Positions 36,847 through 46,484 of a stretch of 64,000 bases of DNA are shown here, one piece after another (position 1 is the stretch's first letter; each line of letters opens with the position of its first letter). The translations under genes were made by a program, and so were the position numbers. This DNA comes from an uncultured Pseudobdellovibrionaceae bacterium (GTDB lineage: Bacteria; Bdellovibrionota; Bdellovibrionia; Bdellovibrionales; UBA1609). The DNA lies in NCBI GenBank assembly GCA_964360255.1, contig CAYHVK010000014.1, positions 10,384 to 74,383 of the forward strand. The letters are read 5' to 3'. Below the pieces are notes generated by a model. The model had not been told where the DNA came from, did not search any database, and saw only the letters and a list, made by a program, of their open reading frames with translations.

Positions 36847-36909
36847 TCACAGAGTTGCTCATTTTTTTTAATGAGCGTTCTGTAACCTAGGTGTTATTTG
36901 GAATAGTGG

Positions 36910-37563
36910 TTAACGGCCATCGAATAGACGAGCCACGCTAGATCGTTTATCTTCAATAAAAGAAATTCTGTCATTTTGAATCGATAAGGTTTCAAAAACA
37001 GTCTCGTTTTTTCTGGTTTTGCGTGTAAATATCTCATAAGTGCCGTCCTGATCCTCATCTGATATGAGTGCTACTTTCTTCCATAAAGAATCAGCAAACT
37101 GTTGATCGCCACCCTCAAGGTCAAGTTCTTCAAAAGCTATATCAATGGGTGTGCCCGACAAATCTGGGGGCTTAACAAATAGTTCATATTTAAAATTAAA
37201 GTCACTTTTACGTTGTACAAGATATCCAACATAACCATTTTGTAGGGGAATTTTTAACATGGGATGGCAGACACTAAAAAGCTCTTCATATACAAGGAAG
37301 GGTCGGCAATCCCGAAACACAGGAAGTTGTTCAACTTCATCAAATTCGAACAGTCTGGGATATTCTTCATCAAATTTATAAAGCCAAAACTCACGATCAG
37401 AAATTGTTTTAAAAGACGCATCAAATTTCTTAAATAGTTGGTCATCTGAAAGACTGGGAAGTTTCTTTTCGATTACGCCCTCGACAGAACCATGTTCAAA
37501 ATATTTCCAGATAGCAATAGTTCCCAGCAGAAGCATAACAGAAGAAAAAACATACTTTTTCAT
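36910..37563 (-). CDS. Hypothetical membrane-anchored protein
   Basis: N-terminal anchor MKKYVFSSVMLLLGTIAIWKYF. Acidic, Phe-rich. No family recognised. Very AT-rich DNA. Confidence 0.5.
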   Translation of the reverse strand: MKKYVFSSVMLLLGTIAIWKYFEHGSVEGVIEKKLPSLSDDQLFKKFDASFKTISDREFWLYKFDEEYPRLFEFDEVEQLPVFRDCRPFLVYEELFSVCHPMLKIPLQNGYVGYLVQRKSDFNFKYELFVKPPDLSGTPIDIAFEELDLEGGDQQFADSLWKKVALISDEDQDGTYEIFTRKTRKNETVFETLSIQNDRISFIEDKRSSVARLFDGR

Positions 37564-37766
37564 ATTTTAAGTTTCTATCAACCACCAATTTCACAGTCAT
37601 CAACCAAATGAATAATAACCATGCAGCGCTCAGATCTAATATGTAATAACAAAGCCGTAGATCACTAAACTCCCCGGACAACTGTACGATCCGGCCACTC
37701 TAAGTTGATTTAATTTAATCTGAACACTGTCAGCTCCTTTGCAATGACCCAATAAAGTCAGAAATG

Positions 37767-37788
37767 AACTTGTAATATATTACAAGTT
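37767..37788. promoter_or_regulatory. 22-bp perfect palindrome, candidate operator of the downstream two-gene module
   Basis: aacttgtaata|tattacaagtt, ending 8 nt before ATG 37797. Confidence 0.55.
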
Positions 37789-37796
37789 TTGATAGG

Positions 37797-38099
37797 ATGT
37801 TTATGGGTCGTAATAGCTATGACGTTATTTTGTATGTTAATGGACGAAGATTTTCAAAAATTGTGATCGACCAGCACTACCAGCTTAAGCATCACAAAAG
37901 CATAACGGACGAGCTGATTATCGAGTTGGTTTTTACACTTAACAACAGAAGACATAAGCCCACGAGTATAAAACCAGAAGGGTTTGAATACTATGAAGAA
38001 GACAAAATTAAATTGCGGAATAAATTTTATAAGTTGATTTGGACGATCAACGAAAATGAAGATTACTTAGGCGTAATTAATTGCTACAGGAGAAACTAA
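37797..38099 (+). CDS. Small protein, candidate toxin component of a type II TA-like pair
   Basis: 100 aa ending ...YLGVINCYRRN. The stop overlaps the next start (TAATG). No confident family call. Confidence 0.45.
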   Translation: MFMGRNSYDVILYVNGRRFSKIVIDQHYQLKHHKSITDELIIELVFTLNNRRHKPTSIKPEGFEYYEEDKIKLRNKFYKLIWTINENEDYLGVINCYRRN

Positions 38100-38422
38100 T
38101 GAAAAAATACACTTGGCCTCCACAACATCAAATTGATGAGTTCCTCAAGGAAATTGCAGACAACGAAGAATCGGGATCACTTCATCTTAATGACGATGCA
38201 ACACCAATTGAGCGCTTTCGTTTTGATCTTTGTCAGCAGCTTTTGGCTTACATGCAGATACATAAAATTAAACAAAAAGATTTAGCGAAAATGCTTGGCT
38301 CCGACGAACCAGAAATGAGTCGAATTTTGCACCATCGTATTGATAAAGTGAGCACCGACAAACTTCTTCGCATGGTTCAGCAGCTTAATCCGAAAGTAAA
38401 ATTATCAATTGTTGGACTCTAG
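38099..38422 (+). CDS. XRE-family HTH protein, candidate antitoxin
   Basis: AGGAG RBS 7 nt before ATG 38099. HTH IKQKDLAKMLGSDEPEMSRILHHRIDKVSTDKLLRMVQQLNPKVKLSI, typical of HigA-like/HTH_37-type antitoxins. Confidence 0.65.
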   Translation: MKKYTWPPQHQIDEFLKEIADNEESGSLHLNDDATPIERFRFDLCQQLLAYMQIHKIKQKDLAKMLGSDEPEMSRILHHRIDKVSTDKLLRMVQQLNPKVKLSIVGL

Positions 38423-38934
38423 CTCTGCAGCTCTAAAAGCGTACGAATGGTGCGCTTGACCGTCTCAAGCTCAAAAGGCTTCGTGATGTAATCATCGGCG
38501 CCTACTGAGAATCCACGACGAATCATTTCTTGATCTGAGTGTCCTGATAAGAAAACGATGGGGATTTTTTTAATGTCTTTATGCTCTTTCATCATTTCAG
38601 CGAGTTCAAAGCCATTCACCCACGGCAAGCCTACATCTAATAAAATTAAGTGAATTGAATTTGAATAATCATCGAACACATCTGAAAGCTCAGTGGCATC
38701 TTGTGCGACGATAACTTTGTATCCTTCGCTCTCAAATATACGGCGTAAAGCACGGCGCATACTCTCATCATCTTCAACGACGAGAATAGTTGTGACTTCA
38801 GGCTTTTTCTTAAGATTATGCAAAGATTGAAGAGAAACAACTTCTTCGGCCATAATGCGCTTACGAGTAAGAATTTCGATTTTCTCAACTAAGTCCCGCG
38901 CATTAATTTTTTTCTTCGGCCGATCTTTCGACAT
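38419..38934 (-). CDS. Single-domain response regulator (receiver) with N-terminal extension
   Basis: AGGAG RBS 7 nt before ATG 38934. ILVVEDDESMRRAL...LILLDVGLP...PIVFLSGH...DYITKPF. Confidence 0.8.
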   Translation of the reverse strand: MSKDRPKKKINARDLVEKIEILTRKRIMAEEVVSLQSLHNLKKKPEVTTILVVEDDESMRRALRRIFESEGYKVIVAQDATELSDVFDDYSNSIHLILLDVGLPWVNGFELAEMMKEHKDIKKIPIVFLSGHSDQEMIRRGFSVGADDYITKPFELETVKRTIRTLLELQS

Positions 38935-39246
38935 CAACAACTCCTGCCATAACGTTACAAACTGAACCTTCAAATAAGAAGTCCAGTTTTACAAAAAAAG
39001 AACATATGTTTTTATGGCGCACATAAGCCGCTCAGCAGAAAAAAATTTCAAAGCCAAAACAGTTACAAATCATAAGGAAAAACAAAGCATAGGCTGAATT
39101 ATTGAAGATCTAAACAAATCAAAAAGAGGTTCGGAGTCGCCATCAGCTACGAGGCGCGAGGAAGTGAGCGCGGAGGCGTGGCAAGGCCACGTCGCACAAG
39201 CGAACGACCGAGTAACGAAGTAGATGGTGGTGAATACGAAGCGATC

Positions 39247-40176
39247 CTAGGGATTATCATCCAGCCAGCGCTCTGCATCCATCGCTGCCATGCAGCCGGT
39301 TCCGGCTGCAGTAATCGCCTGACGATAATGACTATCCTGCACATCTCCTGCTGCGAATACGCCTGGGATCGATGTGTACGTAGATTTACCTTCAGTAATG
39401 ATATAGCCGGTTTCATCTGTCTTTAGTTGATCGGCGAGGAATGCGGTATTCGGACGATGTCCGATAGCGATGAAGACACCGTCCATCTTCATTTCGGTTA
39501 CTGCATTAGTTTTTAAATTCTTAATTTTAATACCGCTCACAGTTTGCTCACCAAGAACATCGTTGAGCTCAGAATCCCAGATCACTTCGATTTTAGGATT
39601 TGCGAGCACGCGATCCGCCATAATTTTAGAAGCTCTAAACTCATCACGACGATGAATCACCCAGACCTTTGCAGCAAAACGGGTGAGAAAGTTCGCTTCT
39701 TCCATGGCTGTGTCGCCTCCACCAATAACCGCCACCTGTTGGTTTTTGAAAAATGCGCCGTCACAAGTGGCACACGCTGAAACTCCGCGGCCTAATAAAC
39801 GCTTTTCATTAGGTAGACCTAAATACTTAGCGCTTGCACCTGTAGATAAAATAATCGTCTTCGCTTGGTGAAGTTCGCTACCAATCCAGATTTTGAAGGG
39901 GCGAACAGATAGATCAACTTTTGTTACGTTCTTAGAAATAAAACGAGTTTTAAAACGTGCCGCCTGTCTGCGAGTCACATCCATAAGTTCAGGACCTTGA
40001 ATACCTTCAGCAAAACCCGGGAAATTTTCAACTTCAGTTGTTGTCATGAGCTGACCGCCCACTTCTTCGCCTTCAATCATAAGAGGGCTTAAGTTTGCGC
40101 GAGCCGCATAAATGGCGGCCGTTAAACCAGCAGGGCCCGAGCCAATGATCACCACATTTTCGATTTTTTCAGACAT
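39247..40176 (-). CDS. trxB: Thioredoxin-disulfide reductase
   Basis: VVIIGSGPAGLTAAIYAARA, redox-active CATCDG, GGGDTAMEEA, FAAGDV. Confidence 0.95.
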   Translation of the reverse strand: MSEKIENVVIIGSGPAGLTAAIYAARANLSPLMIEGEEVGGQLMTTTEVENFPGFAEGIQGPELMDVTRRQAARFKTRFISKNVTKVDLSVRPFKIWIGSELHQAKTIILSTGASAKYLGLPNEKRLLGRGVSACATCDGAFFKNQQVAVIGGGDTAMEEANFLTRFAAKVWVIHRRDEFRASKIMADRVLANPKIEVIWDSELNDVLGEQTVSGIKIKNLKTNAVTEMKMDGVFIAIGHRPNTAFLADQLKTDETGYIITEGKSTYTSIPGVFAAGDVQDSHYRQAITAAGTGCMAAMDAERWLDDNP

Positions 40177-40367
40177 AAATAACCTCTTGAAAGATAAGCC
40201 TTGATACAGGCGAGGCCATACTAACTGAGAATACCTTTATTGCCAAAGCTAGAGCGCGACGGCATTCATCTCTTGACCTAGACCTGCTAACGCATATGGG
40301 CAAAGCCGTATCCCTCTTCCCGCAGTTCACGTTATATTAAAGTCATAATTCTGAAAAGGAACAGTCA

Positions 40368-40670
40368 TTGCCAATAGTTAGTTTTAAAAAAGTTCATAAA
40401 AGTTTTGAAGTCCGTGAGGGCGAAAACTTAATGAAAGCTCTTCTCGAGCAGAATATCCCGGTGGCGAGCTCTTGCTACAGTAAAGGTATCTGCACCAAGT
40501 GCCGCGTTCAGGTTGTTGAGGGAGCGGAAAATCTCTCAAAGCCCAACGCCCTTGAGAAACTTGACCGTGAGCGCCTGGCGAATTCTAAAAGCGCTCTGAA
40601 AGATGACGAACGCCTTTCATGTCAGAGCCGAGTTCTCGGCGATATTAAAATCGATACAGGATATTGGTAG
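40368..40670 (+). CDS. 2Fe-2S ferredoxin
   Basis: SSCYSKGICTKCRV...LSCQSRV cysteine pattern. TTG start (uncertain) after AAAGGAA. Confidence 0.65.
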   Translation: MPIVSFKKVHKSFEVREGENLMKALLEQNIPVASSCYSKGICTKCRVQVVEGAENLSKPNALEKLDRERLANSKSALKDDERLSCQSRVLGDIKIDTGYW

Positions 40671-40745
40671 CCGACGCTCTACCACTAAAAATTACAAAAA
40701 TCGTCCGGCACTTCTATTGCTTCACGAAAAGCCACGGAGGTCATC

Positions 40746-42014
40746 ATGACTATTAAAAACAGTATATTTACTAATGGAGCATTTCTAATCCTAGCTTTAG
40801 GACTCAGCGGTTGCGGAGAGAGCTCTAGTGGCACAAAAGTAGTAACAGCGTGGGAAGTACAACCCCCCTACTTTAAATTGTACGACAATCAGACGGACAA
40901 AGAGAGCAAGACGGCAGACATTAAGAGAATGGATCTCGACAGTGTTCTTTTAGATCTCGCGACTACAGACGAGCTGATGTTTGTTGATGCGAAGAAATAT
41001 CCGGGCTCTATATTATCAGCGACCACTCTATGTACCGGCGAAAAAGATGCCGTATACAAACAAAGTTTCAGAATGACTTTAAAAACTGCCAACTCAGTTT
41101 ATAGATTTTTACCTGAAGAGATGCTTTTGCTTCCAACAGATCAACTAAAGTCTTTTAAATGCTCAGTTCACTTTGTGGCTCAGAATACTAATGGATCTAT
41201 TCACGATTTCGGTAAAGATATTCACTTCAAAATTTTCGGTGAGAATCAGAGTTTGCTCGTGAAACTACAAGATGAGACACAAAAAGAAGAAAACAGCGAA
41301 TGGCCAGACACTGCTCTGATTTCAATTCAAAGAGCACGTTACCACTTCTTACCTAAAAAAAACGCTGGAGAAATTTATCGTCTTAAATGCTCTAGCTTTG
41401 AAAGCTCTGCTGTCAACGCAGATCAGCTTCTTCAACTGATTGAGAAAAATCTAGAGACAGAAAATATTCAGCAAGATCAATTCTGCCGCCTCTTAATTCA
41501 TGATCAGAATGGAGTCATACACACTACGAAACTCTTTGTTCTCAGATTTTTTGATTACAGAGATTACGTTGAAAATATCAGTTATAAAACCAGTGCCAAA
41601 CGTGAATATGACTCAATTAAACTTCACCTCGGGGCTATTAAATTAGCAAACCGAACTAAGGTGCCCGCTTTCTTCTCAGTCAAAAAACAAAACATGGTTG
41701 TGACTGTACATGAAGGCACGACCGCTGGCCAGAGACAGGCCCCAGGTGGACTGGGCTTTTTAGAGCCCTATTCTCGTGATCAAATCAGAGAACTACCAGA
41801 TCGAACTGTATTTATATTGAATCCAGGTCAGTCAATAACTGTGACTTTTGATGTGAGTTCTTTTTTAGCCAACTCTAGAATAAGCGTAAGCTGGATAGAT
41901 CGAGTGCCAACTCTTGATCTTATTGAAAAGAAAAGCTGGGAAGACCCTAATGAAAAGGTCTTAACTTCAATTCCTTTTATGAATGAATCAACGATGGAGA
42001 TAGAAATTCGCTAG
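40746..42014 (+). CDS. Hypothetical lipoprotein
   Basis: GGAGG RBS. Lipobox LALGLSGC. 422 aa, no family recognised. Confidence 0.55.
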   Translation: MTIKNSIFTNGAFLILALGLSGCGESSSGTKVVTAWEVQPPYFKLYDNQTDKESKTADIKRMDLDSVLLDLATTDELMFVDAKKYPGSILSATTLCTGEKDAVYKQSFRMTLKTANSVYRFLPEEMLLLPTDQLKSFKCSVHFVAQNTNGSIHDFGKDIHFKIFGENQSLLVKLQDETQKEENSEWPDTALISIQRARYHFLPKKNAGEIYRLKCSSFESSAVNADQLLQLIEKNLETENIQQDQFCRLLIHDQNGVIHTTKLFVLRFFDYRDYVENISYKTSAKREYDSIKLHLGAIKLANRTKVPAFFSVKKQNMVVTVHEGTTAGQRQAPGGLGFLEPYSRDQIRELPDRTVFILNPGQSITVTFDVSSFLANSRISVSWIDRVPTLDLIEKKSWEDPNEKVLTSIPFMNESTMEIEIR

Positions 42015-42020
42015 AAATAC

Positions 42021-42713
42021 TTAAATCTTACGAAATAAAGCGTAATTGATCAGAACTTGTTTTTTAGAAAATAAATTCTCGAAGTGGGTCTTGAAGTTTT
42101 CTTGAGCCCACTCAGAATTGTGTAGATCAAGAGTGTACTTTTCTAATTTATAAGGCGTCTGCGCGAATTCTTTCTCAGTCCATAAAAAATATTCTTTTGA
42201 ATCTGTTTTAAATTCTAAAGTCGAACCTGGCTTCTGCAAAGCATACAACTTATTGAGAAATTCAGCTGTGATCAGACGCTTTTTGTGTTTCTTAGCACGC
42301 GTCCACGGATCTGGGTGATGAATGAAAACGTCATTCACTTCACCCTCAACAAACAAATCATCTATGAATCGGCCATTATATCGGCAGATGCGGGCGTTGA
42401 CGGCTCCTTCGCGACGAACTCGGCGGATCGATTGAACCAGAGGCTTAAATTTAACTTCGAGACCTACAATATTTCTCTGCGGAAATTGCGTCGCGCGATG
42501 AGAGAAAAAATATCCGTTTCCGGTACCGATTTCTACATCGAGAGGAGTTTGTGCGTCATTTTTAAAAACATCTTCGCGCCAACGGCCCTTGAATTCAGGG
42601 GCTCTGTCTAAATCGTACGCCCAATCAGGATATTCAGTCTGCATCATCCCGATCCAGGCATGAGGCTTAGGAATTTTTTTTGTATCTGCGATTTGAATTC
42701 TTGATCGAGCCAT
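42021..42713 (-). CDS. trmB: tRNA (guanine46-N7)-methyltransferase
   Basis: LDVEIGTGNGYFF SAM motif and FIHHPDPW... pattern typical of TrmB. Confidence 0.85.
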   Translation of the reverse strand: MARSRIQIADTKKIPKPHAWIGMMQTEYPDWAYDLDRAPEFKGRWREDVFKNDAQTPLDVEIGTGNGYFFSHRATQFPQRNIVGLEVKFKPLVQSIRRVRREGAVNARICRYNGRFIDDLFVEGEVNDVFIHHPDPWTRAKKHKKRLITAEFLNKLYALQKPGSTLEFKTDSKEYFLWTEKEFAQTPYKLEKYTLDLHNSEWAQENFKTHFENLFSKKQVLINYALFRKI

Positions 42714-42748
42714 GCCGACTTCATAACATAAGTCCCTGGGGGTATGTG

Positions 42749-44404
42749 ATGCGAAATTTTTTCTTTCTGACGGTTTTTTCTATTTTTCTGGCCAATTCGG
42801 CGATGGCTTTGCCATTTCGAGGCTCACAAATCGGAATTTCAGCCGCCTGCCCTTACGCTGTTGATGCGGGTAAACGTATAGCCGAGATGGGCGGTAACCC
42901 TGTGGATGTGGCCGTAACCGTTGCTTTGGTTATGAGCGTAACGAACCCTTCTTTTGCTAGTCTCGGTGGCGGCGGTTTTGCTTTAGTGAAAATGGATGGT
43001 GCTCCTGAAGTTTTAGACTTCCGTGAGAAAGCACCTGCGCTTGTTGATGAAAAATTCTATTTAGATCCGAAAAGATCTTCGAGCCAAGGCGGCACTGCTG
43101 TTGGTGTACCGGGTAACCCTGCTGGTTTATGGGCTCTTCATAAAAAATATGGTAAAATTCACTGGAGCCAGCTTTTTAGTACTGCTATTCAGCTCGCTGA
43201 AAAAGGGTTTCGAGTCACAGGCGGCTGGTATGACGACACTCTCGATGGTATGGAGCGTTTCGACCCAACGGCGAAAAAAACATTTTTAGTGAATGAGAAG
43301 CCGATTGTCCCAGGCCGCAAACTTGTACAAAAAAATCTGGCGAAAGCTTTACATCAGTTACGCAATCGCAACACCGCTGGTTTCTACACAGGGCCGGTAG
43401 CCCAAGATATTGTAGCAACCATCAAAGCTCGCGGCGGAGTGATGTCTCTTAAAGACCTGTCGAGCTACAAACCTGAATGGCGTAAACCCCTCGTGAAAGA
43501 GTATGAAGGCCATAAGATTTACCTTATGCCTCCCCCTTCAAGTGGTGGAATCGTTCTTTACTCTTCACTGAGCCTCATCGAAAAATTAAAAGTGCGAGAA
43601 AAAAAACCTCTCAGTGTTGATGAACTTCATTACTTCTCAGAAATTTCTAAAACTTCGTTTCGCCAAAGACTCTTGCTTGGAGATCCGGATTTCGTAACGA
43701 ACCCGATTGATAAATTAATGTCGGATAGTTTTATTTCTGAGCAAGCTTCGCTGATCAAAGGCGACAAGACAGTTAAGCTTGAGCCATTTAAAGAGAGCGA
43801 CTTCGGTGCTACTGGGCAAAAAGAAAGCGCACAAACCACTCATATCTCAGTTCTCGATGCTCAAGGCCGCGGTGTTGCCATGACAATTACACTGAATCTG
43901 AATTACGGCTCTGGTGTAGTAACTGATAAGTTTGGCATTGCCATGAATAACGAAATGGACGATTTCACAACGAAACCAGGCGAAGCGAATCAATTTGGTC
44001 TTGTTCAAGGCTCAAACAATAAAGTTCAGCCAGGTAAACGCCCACTCAGCTCAATGAGCCCAACACTTGTTGAGAAGAACGGTAAAATCGTAATGGCTCT
44101 TGGCGCGCCAGGTGGACCGCGCATTATTACTTCGGTACTCAACATTCTTTATCGTACACTTACGACTCAGACAGATTTAGATCGCGCGATTCAAATGCCG
44201 CGCGTGCATCACCAATTTTTACCAGATAAAACATTTGTCGATAGTGATTACCGATTTGCTCCTGAGACTTTAGATGGTCTTCGCAAAAAAGGTCATGAAG
44301 TTGAAGAGTCTTGGATGGCATTAGGTTTTGCCGTTCAATACAAAGATAACATGATCAACGCAGCTTATGACTCACGCGGTGACGGAGCCGTCGGCGGCTT
44401 CTGA
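42749..44404 (+). CDS. ggt: Gamma-glutamyltransferase
   Basis: Signal peptide from ATG 42749 (GGGGG RBS). Autoprocessing/catalytic site QTTHISVLD. GAPGGPRIIT. Confidence 0.9.
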   Translation: MRNFFFLTVFSIFLANSAMALPFRGSQIGISAACPYAVDAGKRIAEMGGNPVDVAVTVALVMSVTNPSFASLGGGGFALVKMDGAPEVLDFREKAPALVDEKFYLDPKRSSSQGGTAVGVPGNPAGLWALHKKYGKIHWSQLFSTAIQLAEKGFRVTGGWYDDTLDGMERFDPTAKKTFLVNEKPIVPGRKLVQKNLAKALHQLRNRNTAGFYTGPVAQDIVATIKARGGVMSLKDLSSYKPEWRKPLVKEYEGHKIYLMPPPSSGGIVLYSSLSLIEKLKVREKKPLSVDELHYFSEISKTSFRQRLLLGDPDFVTNPIDKLMSDSFISEQASLIKGDKTVKLEPFKESDFGATGQKESAQTTHISVLDAQGRGVAMTITLNLNYGSGVVTDKFGIAMNNEMDDFTTKPGEANQFGLVQGSNNKVQPGKRPLSSMSPTLVEKNGKIVMALGAPGGPRIITSVLNILYRTLTTQTDLDRAIQMPRVHHQFLPDKTFVDSDYRFAPETLDGLRKKGHEVEESWMALGFAVQYKDNMINAAYDSRGDGAVGGF

Positions 44405-45411
44405 CGAGGTCGTGGCTCAATCGGTGATCGCAGTTCATCCACTGTGATCACCCGCTTGGCTACAAAAGGCTTTTGCCGAACAGGGCAGTTTGGTAAATCA
44501 CAAGTATCGCAATAAGCCCGGCGGCACGGATCTAAATGAAAATTGGCGTCTCCGCCATAAGAATAATCTTGAATAAAAGAGTTCTCGAAGCGGTCTAAGC
44601 GCTCGTGAGTCTCATCGATTCTCCAGAATTCAGGAACAATTAAATGGGCATCGATATGATGATACCAACCCGAGCGAATGATTCGCACATAGTGAATCTG
44701 AATTATTCCGTCACCCATGTGGCGATTAAAAACATCTGCGAGTTCTTTTAAAACTGTTAAATCTTCTTCATCCATTAAGCCCGAAATAGATTCGCGAACC
44801 ACATGAAAGCCGGTGTACGCAAGATAAAGTCCGGCTAAATAAGCGGCCACAATATCAATCCACTGCTCACCAGTGATTTGAATTAAAATTAAGGCGACGA
44901 TAATAGCCGCAGAAGTCCAAAAATCTGAGAGAACATGCTCTCCGCTCGCGATGAGAGCATTAGAGCGATATCGTTGACCCACGCGCTTTAAAAAAAGACC
45001 GAGAATGCAATTGCTAACTCCCGCTAAAGCTAAAATCACTGTACCGGTTGAAAGCTCAAGAAGCTGGCGACCTTCGTAAATGGCCTGAGTAGCTTCAAAT
45101 AAAATAAATGTAGCGGCGAAAAAAATAAGTCCGCCCTCGAAGGCCGCAGAAAAATACTCGATTTTTCCGTGACCGTAAGGATGATTTTGATCTTTTGGTT
45201 GCGCCGAATAGTAGATCACAAAAAGCGAAAAAAGCCCGGTGGCCACATTCACTATGCTCTCCATGGCATCTGAGTAAACGCCTTGCGAGTGAGTTAAATT
45301 GTAGGCCCAGAACTTTGCAAACAAAAGGAGCGTACCAACCACAGCAGAAAGAATCGCGGCCCATTTACGGGCTCGCACCTCAGCTGGCGAAAGTTGGTCA
45401 GAATGAATCAT
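44365..45411 (-). CDS. Cation diffusion facilitator (CDF) transporter with Cys-rich C-terminal extension
   Basis: 6-TM N-terminal domain with SDAMESIVN and HVLSDFWTS motifs. Tail DPCRRAYCDTCDLPNCP. The 3' end overlaps ggt by 40 nt. Confidence 0.8.
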   Translation of the reverse strand: MIHSDQLSPAEVRARKWAAILSAVVGTLLLFAKFWAYNLTHSQGVYSDAMESIVNVATGLFSLFVIYYSAQPKDQNHPYGHGKIEYFSAAFEGGLIFFAATFILFEATQAIYEGRQLLELSTGTVILALAGVSNCILGLFLKRVGQRYRSNALIASGEHVLSDFWTSAAIIVALILIQITGEQWIDIVAAYLAGLYLAYTGFHVVRESISGLMDEEDLTVLKELADVFNRHMGDGIIQIHYVRIIRSGWYHHIDAHLIVPEFWRIDETHERLDRFENSFIQDYSYGGDANFHLDPCRRAYCDTCDLPNCPVRQKPFVAKRVITVDELRSPIEPRPRQKPPTAPSPRES

Positions 45412-46406
45412 TTACTGCCTTTGTTACGCCGAAGCTCGATCGGATCTGCCGGTGGCAGAGCCTCAAGTGGCGCCACATACATAGTATTTTCAACCCGGTT
45501 GCGTCCACTTTCTTTTGCTTTATAGAGCGCTCGGTCAGCGGCGCGCACAATCGAGCGCGCATCCACATCTTTCGAGCCTGGAGGGGTTATGGCTAAACCG
45601 ATACTCGCCGTCAATCTCTTCTCATGCTGATCGTTTTTAAATCTCCATCCTTCGATGAGTTTCTTCAAACGTTCAGCAAAGACGAGGGCCCCTTCAGGGT
45701 TAATTTCGGTGAGAACAATTAAGAATTCGTCTCCCCCATAACGAGCGGCGAAATCGACTTTACGCATATTATCGCGAATGAGTTTACCTACTTGAGCCAG
45801 CACGAAACTACCGAATAAATGGTCATTTTCATCATTCACCGACTTAAAATAATCCATATCCATCATGATCACGGCGACGGATCTATTATAGCGTGAGGCG
45901 CGATCGAGTTCGTAATCGAGCTTTTCATAGAGCGAGCGCATATTGAAAAGGCCCGTGAGATCGTCGGTGTCGACCAGCTCCTTCAGACGATTGTTCGCAC
46001 GAGTCAGCTCGTCACGAATATCTTTGATACGAAGATGGCAGCGAATTCGAGCCAAAAGTTCAACCGGAACAAACGGCTTACAAATATAATCATCAGCGCC
46101 CGCATCAAGCCCCTGCATAATGTCTTCGGGGTTCGATTGAGCAGATAAAAAGAGGGTCGAAACATATTCAGCACTAGAGCGTAAAAACTGAAGCGTCTGA
46201 ATACCGTTCAAACCTGGCATTTGGATGTCGAGCAGAACCAGGTGAGGTGTCCACTTCATTATTTTGGTGATTGCCTCTTCGCCTGAGCTGGCGGTTTCCA
46301 CAAGGTAACCATCCCATTCAAGGGCCTTTTTAACCATGCGAAGGCTCTCTGGGTCGTCATCTACGGCCAGAATTTTTCTTCTGATATTATCTGCTTTATT
46401 CGACAT
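45408..46406 (-). CDS. Response regulator-diguanylate cyclase (REC-GGDEF)
   Basis: ILAVDDDPE...LVLLDIQMPG receiver. DDLTGLFNMRS...RYGGDEFLIV GGDEF domain. 4-nt overlap with the CDF gene. Confidence 0.9.
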   Translation of the reverse strand: MSNKADNIRRKILAVDDDPESLRMVKKALEWDGYLVETASSGEEAITKIMKWTPHLVLLDIQMPGLNGIQTLQFLRSSAEYVSTLFLSAQSNPEDIMQGLDAGADDYICKPFVPVELLARIRCHLRIKDIRDELTRANNRLKELVDTDDLTGLFNMRSLYEKLDYELDRASRYNRSVAVIMMDMDYFKSVNDENDHLFGSFVLAQVGKLIRDNMRKVDFAARYGGDEFLIVLTEINPEGALVFAERLKKLIEGWRFKNDQHEKRLTASIGLAITPPGSKDVDARSIVRAADRALYKAKESGRNRVENTMYVAPLEALPPADPIELRRNKGSK

Positions 46407-46484
46407 GAATTAATGATATCTTTTTGATGAAAAAGCTTTTAGAAAAAATTGCTAATTCTGTGACCTTCGACTAGAAAGTACCCT

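Noticed and set aside
42671-42682. Homopolymer T8 (A8 on the coding strand) inside the 5' end of trmB, considered as a phase-variation tract.
   Set aside because: It encodes the ordinary Lys-Lys-Ile segment of a housekeeping gene. The run is short and in frame, and nothing suggests switching.
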